From Longivirga aurantiaca (GTDB taxonomy: Bacteria > Actinomycetota > Actinomycetes > S36-B12 > CAIYMF01): 32,000 nt of DNA. The notes under the pieces are model-generated. The model did no database searches, had not been told where the DNA came from, and saw only the letters and a list, made by a program, of their open reading frames with translations. Position numbers and translations under genes: made by a program. Position 1 is the first letter of the stretch. Each line of letters begins with the position of its first letter. Positions 17,659 to 26,317 of this stretch are shown here, piece by piece. The stretch lies in assembly GCF_042660085.1 (NCBI RefSeq), contig NZ_JBHSTI010000008.1, positions 2,085,604-2,117,603 on the forward strand, given 5' to 3'.

Positions 17659-18695
17659 AGGCCTTGACCCAGTCCGCGTACGGCTCGCCCGACACCTTCG
17701 TCGTCCGCGAGCTCCCCGCCCCCAGCGCCGCCGCCGACGAGGTGGTCGTGCGCGTCGAGGCCGTCGGCCTCAACGCCGCCGACTGGCACCTGTTCCGCGG
17801 CAAGCCGTACGCCGCCCGCGCCGCCTTCGGCCTGCGCCGTCCGAAGAATCCCGTCATGGGCTCGGACGTCTCGGGCGTCGTCGTGCAGGTCGGGTCCGAC
17901 GTCACGACGTTCGCCGTCGGCGACGAGGTGATGGTCGAGGCTCAGCGCGGCGGCCTCGCCGAGCTCGTCGCGGTGAAGGCGACGCACGTGGCGCGCAAGC
18001 CGGCGTCGTTCACCTTCCTCGAGGCGGCCACGCTGCCGCTCGCCGGCGGCACCGCGCTGCAGGCGCTGCGCGACCACGGCAAGGTCCGGGCCGGAGAGAG
18101 CGTTCTCGTGATCGGCGCGTCCGGCGGCGTCGGCACCTGGGCGGTGCAGATCGCGGTCGCGCTCGGCGCCGAGGTGACCGGTGTGTGCAGCACCCGCAAC
18201 GTCGACCTCGTCCGCTCGCTCGGTGCCGCGCACGTCGTGGACTACACCGCGACCGACGTGCTCGCGGCGGGCACGACGTACGACGTGGTGATCGACATGA
18301 TCGGCGACGTCCCCCTGCGCGAGTGCCGCCGCCTGCTCTCCCCCGGCGGCCGCTACGTGATGGTCGGCGGTGGCGAGGGCGGCCGGATCCTCGGCCCGGT
18401 GTTCGGTCCGATGGGCCGCACGTTCGGCACGTTCGTGCTCGGCCGGGGCGGCGAGAAGCGCTCGCTCAACGCGGCGATCGCCAAGCGCGACGGTGCCGAC
18501 GTCGAGGTGCTGCGCGAGATGGCCGACGCCGGATCGCTGAAGCCCTCGATCGAGAAGGTGTACGCGTTCGACGACGCCCGCGAGGCGCTCGCGCAGATCG
18601 AGACCGGCCGCGTCGCCGGCAAGCTCGCGATCGCCGTGGGGTCGTACGCCGCCGAGCAGCACGCCACTGCCGGCGACGAGGCGTCCACCACCTGA
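17655..18695 (+). CDS. NAD(P)-dependent quinone-oxidoreductase/zinc-type alcohol dehydrogenase family protein
   Basis: ATGA overlap; MKALTQSAYGSPDTFVVRELPAP..., VVVRVEAVGLNAADWHLFRG, VLVIGASGGVGTWAVQIAVALGAEVTGVCSTRNVDLVRSLGAAHVVDY. Confidence 0.9.
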   Translation: MKALTQSAYGSPDTFVVRELPAPSAAADEVVVRVEAVGLNAADWHLFRGKPYAARAAFGLRRPKNPVMGSDVSGVVVQVGSDVTTFAVGDEVMVEAQRGGLAELVAVKATHVARKPASFTFLEAATLPLAGGTALQALRDHGKVRAGESVLVIGASGGVGTWAVQIAVALGAEVTGVCSTRNVDLVRSLGAAHVVDYTATDVLAAGTTYDVVIDMIGDVPLRECRRLLSPGGRYVMVGGGEGGRILGPVFGPMGRTFGTFVLGRGGEKRSLNAAIAKRDGADVEVLREMADAGSLKPSIEKVYAFDDAREALAQIETGRVAGKLAIAVGSYAAEQHATAGDEASTT

Positions 18696-18943
18696 CCTCG
18701 TCGACCTGCCCGGCGCTCCAGGTCGCACATGCGCCACCGCGAGCAGGGCAGCCCCTCACTGCGGCGGGACACGCGGCAGGCAGAGGTGGACCATGGAACC
18801 GTGCGGGCCTCGACCCGTCGGGGCTGGCGTGTCTGCGCGCCGGACGGCCTTCCCACCGTCCACGACGGCAGGTGCGCCGTCGCACCGTCGACCGGACCGA
18901 CGGCCGCAGGCACACGGCGGGCGAGGAGAGAGGTGGGTGCGCC

Positions 18944-19390
18944 ATGACGACGATCTCCGAATCCACGCAGCTGCTTCCCACCGGGGAGACACGGCGGCAG
19001 GTCGCGCGCGAGTACGGGCTTCGCGTGCTGCTCCCCGGCCTCGGCGCCCTGCTGCTGGTCCCCATGTTCGGCCCGGTCAGCGTGGTGCTCGACTGGATCG
19101 TGTACTCGATCCTGTGGGACACCTACGGGCTGGCGAAGACGGTCTCGAACTGGGTCATGCTCGCCGACCTCGTCGTCGGCGGCGCCCTCGCGATATACGC
19201 GCTCGTCAGCACGGTCCGGCTCGGACGAGTGCATCGCGGCGACCGGCTTCATCACGCGGACAACCGCGCTGGCGCCTGGCACGTCGGATCCGTCGTGCTG
19301 CTCGTGGTGCTGATGCTTGTCCCGGTCGCGCTCGTGCTGCTCGCCTTCGCACTCGCGATGACGTTCAGCATGATGAACTCAGGCCTGTGA
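18944..19390 (+). CDS. Membrane protein of unknown function
   Basis: MTTISESTQLLPTGETRRQVAREYGLRVLLPGLGALLLVPMFGPVSVVLDWIVYSILWDTYG...VVLLVVLMLVPVALVLLAFALAMTFSMMNSGL; purine-rich RBS region upstream. Confidence 0.7.
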   Translation: MTTISESTQLLPTGETRRQVAREYGLRVLLPGLGALLLVPMFGPVSVVLDWIVYSILWDTYGLAKTVSNWVMLADLVVGGALAIYALVSTVRLGRVHRGDRLHHADNRAGAWHVGSVVLLVVLMLVPVALVLLAFALAMTFSMMNSGL

Positions 19391-19464
19391 AGCCGCGGCT
19401 GCGAGCGCCGCGCGTCGGTTCCCGTCGGTCTTGCTGAAGGCGAGCGCGAACGGCACGTCAGAGC

Positions 19465-19518
19465 GCGATTTGGTAGTGGAAAGTCGGGGCAGAGCGCGAG
19501 ATTCCACTACCAAATCGG
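19465..19518. repeat. Hairpin element, left copy
   Basis: CGATTTGGTAGTGGAA (19466-19481) / TTCCACTACCAAATCG (19502-19517), perfect 16-bp arms. Confidence 0.85.
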
Positions 19519-19654
19519 CCATCCGCGGCGACGCCGACTGCCGGTTGCTTCTCGCGGTGTCGCCCGTGCCCGGACATGGCACAGGGACCGCTCCCTGTCG
19601 GGTGGTGCGGTCTGCCTGCGGTGCTGATCGATCCCGAGTGCGGCCTGCCCTTCC

Positions 19655-21150
19655 TCAGGGCCGGGTTCGGACGGGGACGGGGTCGGGTGGGTCGACGGTG
19701 AGCCAGGTCGGGCATCCCGGGTCGATGCCGGGGTTCTTCACGATGGTCCAGCCGCCCTCGTGCACCGCGTGGTGGTGCTTCGCGCACAGGAGCGTGAGGT
19801 TGTCGAGGTCGGTCGCGCCGCCGTGCTCCCACTCGGTGATGTGGTGGGCCTCGCACCACCCGACCGCGATCCGGCAGCCCGGGAACGCGCAGTGCCGGTC
19901 CCGCAGGTCCAGCGCCCGACGCAGGCGGGGTGGGACGGTGCGGTAGCGGCGGCCCTCGTCCCAGACGTGGTGCCGACGGCGCAGCAGCCGCGCCGAGCCG
20001 GGGTGCAGCTCGCAGCCGGCGATCGGGTGCAGCAGCCCGAGCCCGTGCTGGGCCTGGGTGTGCGCCGACCGATACGCAGCGCCGTGGCAGGGGATGCCGT
20101 CGTGGTGGTGGGCGTGCCGGTCGGGGACGGACCCGATGACGCCGATCTCGGTCACCGACGCGTCGCACAGCATCCGCTTCACCGTCTCGGCGTTGACCAG
20201 CACCGGGGACGACATCCCGGGGACGGTCATCTCGCCGGGGAACCCGGCGTCGAGGTCGTCGACCGTGGTCGCGATGGTGACGTGGGGTCGGACGCCGTGG
20301 GCGCGGCCGACCATGCCGTTGGTCAGCCACAGCTGCACGAGGTGGTTCAGCGACAGGGCGTCCTGGTGCGCGGCGGCGATCCGGCGCCGCCGCTCGTCGA
20401 CCGCGGCGTCGCCGGTGGGCTGCTCGTCCGGGGTGAGGGATCCCGATCGGTACTTCGCGTCGCGCATCCGATCGAGCAGCACCTTGAGCGCCGCGCCGTC
20501 CTCCAGGGTGAGGGCGCCCTTGATCACGAACTGGTCCCCGACCTGGGTGACGGTGAGGAACTGGCCGGCCATGGCTTCTTCCTCGCGGCGGGCCGCGGCC
20601 TCCGGGTCCAGGATCTCCTTGAGCACGGCGGCGGCGCCCGCGACCTCCTCCACCGAGCCCTGCTCGGCGATGGGGAGGAGGTAGTCCTCGCAGAACGCCC
20701 GCCACTGCACCCGGTCGTCGGCGGTCCTGTCCGCGATCGCCGCCTCGCTGCCGCGCACCAGGGCAGCCGCCAGGTCGGGGGTGACCCGGCCCGCGACCAG
20801 CGCGACCCGGGTCGCGGCATAGGACCGCAGCGTGCGGGCGCCGGAGACCACGCTGCTGGCCCTGCCCGGGGCCATGCCGGTGCGCTGGGTCAGGAACGCC
20901 GTCGTCGACCCGAACCCCGCCGACGCCAGCACCCCCGACGCGTCCAGGCGATCGACCGCGACGGTCCCCAGGGCGTGGGCGGCGTCCCGGACCGCGAACA
21001 GCTCCGCCGTCAGCTGGGCAGACCCGCCAGCTGCACCTCAGACACGGCACCCGAACCGGCCAGCACCGACGCCTCGGCAAGCAGGCCCCGCGCACCCGCG
21101 ACCAGGCGCGCGAACTCCACCGCCGGATCGACGAAGGTGGCCTGGGACAT
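19655..21150 (-). pseudogene. DUF222 / HNH endonuclease domain protein with one apparent frameshift
   Basis: N-terminal frame MSQATFVDPAVEFARLVAGARGLLAEASVLAGSGAVSEVQLAGL stops at 21010. The adjacent frame gives QLTAELFAVRDAAHALGTVAVDRLDASGVLASAGFGSTTAFL... through HCAFPGCRIAVGWCEAHHITEWEHGGATDLDNLTLLCAKHHHAVHEGGW (HNH). Confidence 0.85.
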
Positions 21151-21236
21151 GACCCCATCATGCCGACCACCTCCGACAATGCACCGACCACCGACAGGCG
21201 ATATCCACAGCAACCACAGGCGAATCCGGCCGCACC

Positions 21237-21290
21237 CCGACTTGGTAGTGGGAACTCGCGCCCTGCCGCGACTTCCCACTACCAAGTCGG
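21237..21290. repeat. Hairpin element, right copy, inverted relative to the left copy
   Basis: CCGACTTGGTAGTGGGAA (21237-21254) / TTCCCACTACCAAGTCGG (21273-21290), perfect 18-bp arms. Confidence 0.85.
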
Positions 21291-21407
21291 CGGGGCCATG
21301 CCTCAGCACTCGCCCTTGATGACGAAGTAGCTGCCGCGGATCGTGCCGGCGAGCTTGGACTTCCGATCGGCACGAACGACGACGCCCTCGACGTCTAGCG
21401 TGGCGGG

Positions 21408-21836
21408 ATGGCAGCCCGCACCCCGTCGCCCTCGCCCTCGCTCGATCTCGTGACCCTGCTCGTCGACGACTACGACCGGGCGATCGCATGGTTCACCGAC
21501 GTCCTCGGCTTCGAGCTGGCGGAGGACTCGCCGTCGCTCACGAACGACGGCCGCCCCAAGCGTTGGGTGGTCGTCCGCCCCTCCCCGGAGGCCACCGGGT
21601 TCCTTCTCGCCGTCGCCGATACCGAGCAGAAGCGCACGGCGCTCGGAAACCAGACCGGCGGCCGCGTCGGCTTCTTCCTGCGCGTACCTGCCTTCGAGGC
21701 CTCCCTCGCGCGGCTGCGTGCGGCGGGTACGCCGGTCCTCGGCGAACCGCGCCGTGAGGAGTACGGCCAGGTGGTGGTCGTCGTCGACCCGTTCGGCAAC
21801 CGGTGGGACCTCGTGGGGCCGCGCAGCAACCGCTGA
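21408..21836 (+). CDS. VOC (glyoxalase/bleomycin-resistance-like) family protein
   Basis: LDLVTLLVDDYDRAIAWFTDVLGFELAEDSP...RVGFFLRVPAFEASLARLRAAGTPVLGEPRREEYGQVVVVVDPFGNRWDLV. Confidence 0.9.
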   Translation: MAARTPSPSPSLDLVTLLVDDYDRAIAWFTDVLGFELAEDSPSLTNDGRPKRWVVVRPSPEATGFLLAVADTEQKRTALGNQTGGRVGFFLRVPAFEASLARLRAAGTPVLGEPRREEYGQVVVVVDPFGNRWDLVGPRSNR

Positions 21837-21864
21837 CCGGACAGCAGACGGCGGGTTTGGCGGA

Positions 21865-21883
21865 ACAGGGTTGGCTAACCTAT
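21865..21883 (+). promoter_or_regulatory. Candidate DtxR/IdeR-type iron box
   Basis: ACAGGGTTGGCTAACCTAT matches 14 of 19 positions of TTAGGTTAGGCTAACCTAA and lies in the promoter region of the downstream operon. Confidence 0.55.
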
Positions 21884-21898
21884 TCTTGCGGTCTGCTC

Positions 21899-21931
21899 GC
21901 GCTCAGACGGATGTTCTTCCTGTCTGAGCGC
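21899..21931 (+). promoter_or_regulatory. 5' leader hairpin
   Basis: gcgctcagac (21899-21908) / gtctgagcgc (21922-21931), perfect 10-bp arms, 13-nt loop, 9 nt before GGAGG. Confidence 0.5.
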
Positions 21932-21950
21932 CTGATGACCGGAGGATCTG

Positions 21951-23285
21951 TTGACCACGACGTACGCCGCCCCCGCCTCGGCCCTGGCCACGAGCGCTGC
22001 CTGGCTCTCGCTGAAGGCTGCGGTGGAGGACCTCCGCGCGAAGCAGGCCGCCGACGGCTCGATCCCCGATGCCGGCGCGCACGCGTGCGCCGCGCACCTG
22101 GTCGAGGCGGTCGTGGCCGGCGTCGAGACGCTCTCCCCCGAGCTGCCGCACGACAAGGCGTACCACGTGGCGCTCGTCGACGACCTCCGTCGCTGGGCCG
22201 CCGAGGGCTTCGGCACGCCGGACTTCCTCGACTCGCTGGTCGCGTTCGACTCGATGGCCCAGCGCGCCGACGGCCTCGAGCACCTCGTGCTCTTCCCGAT
22301 GCTCACCCAGAACGGCAGCACCGAGCGCAAGCTCGAGGCCGTGCTGCTCAGCGTCTTCTGGCCCGAGTGGGTCGCGCGCATCGAGGCCGAGCAGTACCGC
22401 AACGACAAGTTCGTCCCCGTGACGTTCACCGACTTCACGGCTGGCTACGACACCCACAGCGCCGTGCTCTTCCCCGAGACGGTCGCCGTCCGCGAGGTGC
22501 CGTCGTTCGAGTGGGGCGCGATCTTCTGCGACCGCGAGGCCGCCCGCTTCCGCCGCGTCATCGGTGCCGCCGTCGAGACGCTGCGTATCGAGCTGCCCGC
22601 CGACGCCGCTCCCCTGTTCACCGACCAGCGCGTCGCGCAGGAGACCTTCGTCCTCTGGGACCTCGTGCACGACCGCGCCCACATGCGCGGCGACCTGCCG
22701 TTCGACCCGTTCCTGGTCAAGCAGCGCCTCCCCTACTGGCTGTATGCGATCGAGGAGCTGCGCTGCGACCTCACCGCCTTCCGCGCTGCGGTCGCGCTCG
22801 AGAAGCAGGGCGTCGAGGGTGCGCGGCGCGTGCAGTACGCCGTGATCCTCGACCGCTGCCTGCGCTTCCCCGTGAGCGGCACGCGCAACCGCAACTACGA
22901 CAGCGTCGGCGGCCAGCTGCTCTTCGCGGCACTGCGCCGCGAGGGTGCGCTCTCGTGGTCCGACGCCACGCTCACCATCGACTGGGACCGCGTCGCGGTC
23001 GTCGCCGAGGCGCTGCTCGCGCGCATCGAGGACCTCTACCGCACGAGCATCGACCGCAACAAGGCGAGCCACTGGCAGGCGACGTACGACCTCGTCAGCG
23101 AGTACGTCGAGCCGCACGTCGCCTCCACCTGGCAGCACGGGCTTGCCGCGATGGGCCCGCAGGCGACCACGAAGGAGTACAACGACTCCGTGCTCCCCGA
23201 CGAGTTCCCCCTCAGCATGTTCTTCGAGATCCTCGCCAAGAAGGTCTCCCCCGTGGTCGAGTCCGCACGCGGGATCCGCGCATGA
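21951..23285 (+). CDS. DUF6421-like family protein
   Basis: TTG start behind GGAGG; 444-aa ORF (DLPFDPFLVKQRLPYWLYAIEELRCDLTAFRAAVALE...). Family assignment from recollection, not a search. Confidence 0.75.
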   Translation: MTTTYAAPASALATSAAWLSLKAAVEDLRAKQAADGSIPDAGAHACAAHLVEAVVAGVETLSPELPHDKAYHVALVDDLRRWAAEGFGTPDFLDSLVAFDSMAQRADGLEHLVLFPMLTQNGSTERKLEAVLLSVFWPEWVARIEAEQYRNDKFVPVTFTDFTAGYDTHSAVLFPETVAVREVPSFEWGAIFCDREAARFRRVIGAAVETLRIELPADAAPLFTDQRVAQETFVLWDLVHDRAHMRGDLPFDPFLVKQRLPYWLYAIEELRCDLTAFRAAVALEKQGVEGARRVQYAVILDRCLRFPVSGTRNRNYDSVGGQLLFAALRREGALSWSDATLTIDWDRVAVVAEALLARIEDLYRTSIDRNKASHWQATYDLVSEYVEPHVASTWQHGLAAMGPQATTKEYNDSVLPDEFPLSMFFEILAKKVSPVVESARGIRA

Positions 23286-24016
23286 GCGCCCTGGGCGCGG
23301 GCTCGCTCGTCGTCGTCACCGGCGCGGGCGGCCCCGCGGGTACGGCGATGGTGCGGGCACTGATCGAGACCGGAGCCCACGTGGCAGCGGCCGACCGCAC
23401 GCAGAGCAAGCTCGACGCCCTCGGTGCCTCGCTCGGCGACGGCGCCGCACGCTTCCGCGGCACGGCCGTCGACCTCCTCGACTCCGCTGCCGTGCGGGCC
23501 TGGGCCGACGCGGCAGCGGCCTCGCACCCGAGCGGCGCGCCGCGCGTCGACGGCGTCATCCACCTCGTGGGCGGATGGCGCGGCGGCAAGGGCTTCCTCG
23601 ACAACACCGTCGCCGACTCCGAGCTCATGCTCGACCTGCTCGTGCGCACGCTGCAGCACGTGTCGCTGGCCTACCACGACCACCTCGTCGCCTCGCCCCG
23701 CAGCGAGTTCGTGATCGTGTCGGCCGCCGCAGCCGAGAAGCCCACCGCGGGCAACGCCGCCTACGCCGCCGCGAAGTCGGCAGCCGAGGCATGGACCGCC
23801 GCGCTCGCCGACTCGTTCGGGAAGCTCGCGCCCGAGAGCGCCGCCGCGACCACGCTGGTGGTCAAGGCCCTCGTGCACGACGAGATGCGTGCCGCCGACC
23901 CCAGCAAGACGTTCCCCGGCTACACCGACGTGGCCGACCTCGCCGCCGAGACGGTGGCGCTCTGGTCCCTGCCCGCGGCAGAGGCCAACGGACTCCGGAA
24001 GGTGCTCGTCCCGTGA
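23282..24016 (+). CDS. Short-chain dehydrogenase/reductase family protein
   Basis: ATGA overlap; SLVVVTGAGGPAGTAMVRALIETGAHVAAADR..., AAYAAAKSAAEAWTAALADSFG (YxxxK). Confidence 0.88.
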   Translation: MSALGAGSLVVVTGAGGPAGTAMVRALIETGAHVAAADRTQSKLDALGASLGDGAARFRGTAVDLLDSAAVRAWADAAAASHPSGAPRVDGVIHLVGGWRGGKGFLDNTVADSELMLDLLVRTLQHVSLAYHDHLVASPRSEFVIVSAAAAEKPTAGNAAYAAAKSAAEAWTAALADSFGKLAPESAAATTLVVKALVHDEMRAADPSKTFPGYTDVADLAAETVALWSLPAAEANGLRKVLVP

Positions 24017-25053
24017 CCAGCTTCGCCAGCGACAACTACAGCGGCGTCCACCCCGCCGTCCTCGACGCGATCGCCGCGGCCAACGTCGGACGCGAGCCCG
24101 CCTACGGCCGCGATGCGAGCACCGTGCGCCTGCAGGAGACCTTCCGCCGCCACTTCGGCGAGCAGGCCGAGGCGTTCCCCGTCTTCAACGGCACCGGTGC
24201 CAACGTCGTCGCGCTCGCCGCGATGACCACGCGCTACGGCTCGGTCGTGTGCACGTCCACCGCGCACATCCATGTCGACGAGTGCGGCGCCCCGGAGAAG
24301 GTCGGCGGCGTCAAGCTGCTCACCATCCCGACGTACGACGGCAAGCTCACGCCCGAGCTCATCGACCTCGAGGCGCGCGGCATGGACGACGTGCACCGCG
24401 CGCAGCCGCAGGTCGTGAGCATCACGCAGACCACCGAGCTCGGCACGGCGTACACGGTCGAGGAGATCCGCACGATCTGCGACCACGCGCACTCGCTGGG
24501 CCTCTCCGTGCACCTCGACGGCGCGCGGATCGCGAACGCGGCTGCGCACCTCGGCGTGCCGCTGCGCGCGTTCACCACCGATGCCGGCGTCGACGTCGTG
24601 TCGTTCGGCGGCACGAAGAACGGCCTCATGCTCGGCGAGGCCGTCGTCGTCCTGAACCCCTCTGCCGCACCGAACCTCGACTACATCCGCAAGTCGAGCA
24701 CGCAGCTCGCGTCGAAGATGCGCTTCGTCTCCGCGCAGCTCGACGCGCTGCTCGGCACCGACCTCTGGATCGAGAACGCCTCGCACGCCAACGCGATGGC
24801 GCAGCGCCTCGCCGCCGGCCTCGAGGGCCTCGTCGAGATGCCGCGGCCCGTGCAGGCCAATGCCGTGTTCGTGCGGCTGCCGCAGGCAGTCATCGACGAC
24901 CTGCGCACGACGTACGAGTTCTACGACTGGGACGAGACGGTCGGCGAGGTGCGCTGGATGACCGCGTGGGACCACACGGCCGACGAGGTCGACGCCTTCG
25001 TGCGTGATGTGCGTGCCGCGCTCGCCCGGGCCGGGGCGCCCGTCCCCGCCTGA
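24013..25053 (+). CDS. Threonine aldolase/beta-eliminating lyase family PLP enzyme
   Basis: GTGA overlap; FASDNYSGVHPAVLDAIAAANVGREPAYGRD..., GLSVHLDGARIANAAAHLGVPLRAFT, VDVVSFGGTKNGLMLGEAVVV. Confidence 0.92.
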   Translation: MTSFASDNYSGVHPAVLDAIAAANVGREPAYGRDASTVRLQETFRRHFGEQAEAFPVFNGTGANVVALAAMTTRYGSVVCTSTAHIHVDECGAPEKVGGVKLLTIPTYDGKLTPELIDLEARGMDDVHRAQPQVVSITQTTELGTAYTVEEIRTICDHAHSLGLSVHLDGARIANAAAHLGVPLRAFTTDAGVDVVSFGGTKNGLMLGEAVVVLNPSAAPNLDYIRKSSTQLASKMRFVSAQLDALLGTDLWIENASHANAMAQRLAAGLEGLVEMPRPVQANAVFVRLPQAVIDDLRTTYEFYDWDETVGEVRWMTAWDHTADEVDAFVRDVRAALARAGAPVPA

Positions 25054-25057
25054 CGGC

Positions 25058-25561
25058 TCAGGACCCGGCGGTCATCGGGCCGGTGATGCGCTGGCTCGGA
25101 TCGACGTTCTCGAGGATCGAGTCCGCGATCGCGGCCAGCTGGGCCAGCTGCTCGCGGGTCAGCCCGTCGATCACGTAGTGCCGCACGGCGTCGAGGTGGC
25201 CCGGGGCGGTGTCGACGACCTTCTCCCAGCCGTCGGCCGTGAGACGCGCGTTGGTGGCCCGCTTGTCCTGCGGGCAGGGGAACCGCTCGACGAGGCCGCG
25301 CGCCTCGAGCCGCGACACGACGTGCGAGAGCCGCGAGAGCGACGCGTTGGTGCGCTCGGCCAGGGCCGTCATGCGCAGCGTGCGGTCCTGCGCCTCGGAC
25401 AGCATCGACAGCACCCAGTACTCGAAGTGGGTCAGGTCGGCGTCGCGGCGCAGCTGCGCGTCGAGCGCCGCGGGCAGCAGCTCGACCACCGCCGCGGTGC
25501 GGATCCACGCCGCCATCTCCTCGCGGTCGAGCCATCGGGGCTGGGGCGCGCGGCTGCTCAT
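25058..25561 (-). CDS. MarR-family transcriptional regulator
   Basis: FEYWVLSMLSEAQDRTLRMTALAERTNASLSRLSHVVSRLEARGLVERFPCPQDKRATNARLTADGWEKV. Confidence 0.93.
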   Translation of the reverse strand: MSSRAPQPRWLDREEMAAWIRTAAVVELLPAALDAQLRRDADLTHFEYWVLSMLSEAQDRTLRMTALAERTNASLSRLSHVVSRLEARGLVERFPCPQDKRATNARLTADGWEKVVDTAPGHLDAVRHYVIDGLTREQLAQLAAIADSILENVDPSQRITGPMTAGS

Positions 25562-25577
25562 GGGCACATCGTAGCCA

Positions 25578-25619
25578 TTACTTGACGGAACAACCATTCC
25601 CCTCTACGGTGTTACTTGA
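25578..25619 (+). promoter_or_regulatory. Promoter flanked by direct TTACTTGA repeats
   Basis: TTACTTGA at 25578-25585 and 25612-25619; TTGACG (25582-25587) - 17 bp - TACGGT (25605-25610). Confidence 0.6.
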
Positions 25620-25658
25620 AGCGACAAGCAAAGCCACTCACCTCTCAGGGAGCACCTC

Positions 25659-26234
25659 ATGGCCAGCATCACCATCATCGGCAAGGGCAACATCGGCTCG
25701 GCCGTCGCCACGATCGCCGCCAAGGGCGGGCACGACGTCCAGGTCCTCGACACCGACACCCCCGACACCGCCATCACCGGCGATGTCGTCGTCCTCGCGG
25801 TCCCGCACCCGGCCGTCGCCGAGATCATCGGCGCGCGCGGCGAGCAGCTCGCCGGCAAGATCGTCGTCGACCCGACCAACCCCGTGAACTTCGAGACCTT
25901 CGACGGCCTCGTCGTGCCGGCCGACTCGTCCAAGGCCGCCGAGATCGCCGCCGCGCTGCCCGACTCGAAGGTCGTCAAGGCGTTCAACACCAACTTCGCG
26001 GCCACGCTCGTCTCCGGCACGGTCGGCACAGACCCCACCACCGTGCTGCTCGCTGGCGACGACGCCGACGCGAAGGCCGCGGTCGCGGCGATCGTCGCCG
26101 ACGGCGGCCTCGCGGTCATCGACGCCGGGTCGCTCAAGCGCGCCCGTGAGCTCGAGGCCGTCGGCTTCCTGCAGATCACCCTGGCCGCAGCCGAGAAGAC
26201 CAGCTGGGTCGGCGGCTTCGCCGTCGTCGCCTGA
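25659..26234 (+). CDS. NAD(P)-binding oxidoreductase (NADPH-dependent F420 reductase-like fold)
   Basis: ITIIGKGNIGSAVATIAAKGGHDVQVLDTD...DVVVLAVPHPAVAEI...GKIVVDPTNPVNF...KVVKAFNTNFAATL. Confidence 0.85.
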   Translation: MASITIIGKGNIGSAVATIAAKGGHDVQVLDTDTPDTAITGDVVVLAVPHPAVAEIIGARGEQLAGKIVVDPTNPVNFETFDGLVVPADSSKAAEIAAALPDSKVVKAFNTNFAATLVSGTVGTDPTTVLLAGDDADAKAAVAAIVADGGLAVIDAGSLKRARELEAVGFLQITLAAAEKTSWVGGFAVVA

Positions 26235-26250
26235 CGCAGCACCGCACGCA

Positions 26251-26292
26251 CGAAGGGCGGGCCAGGACCTCACGGTCCTGGCCCGCCCTTCG
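26251..26292. terminator. Bidirectional hairpin terminator between convergent genes
   Basis: Perfect 19-bp arms cgaagggcgggccaggacc (26251-26269) / ggtcctggcccgcccttcg (26274-26292), tetraloop tcac. Confidence 0.85.
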
Positions 26293-26317
26293 TGCTAGAG
26301 GCGTGCTCCCCTCGACG

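Noticed and set aside
19465-19518. Left hairpin as an ordinary terminator only
   Set aside because: It may terminate transcription, but the loop-conserved, inverted second copy at 21237-21290 with compensatory changes is not explained by termination alone.
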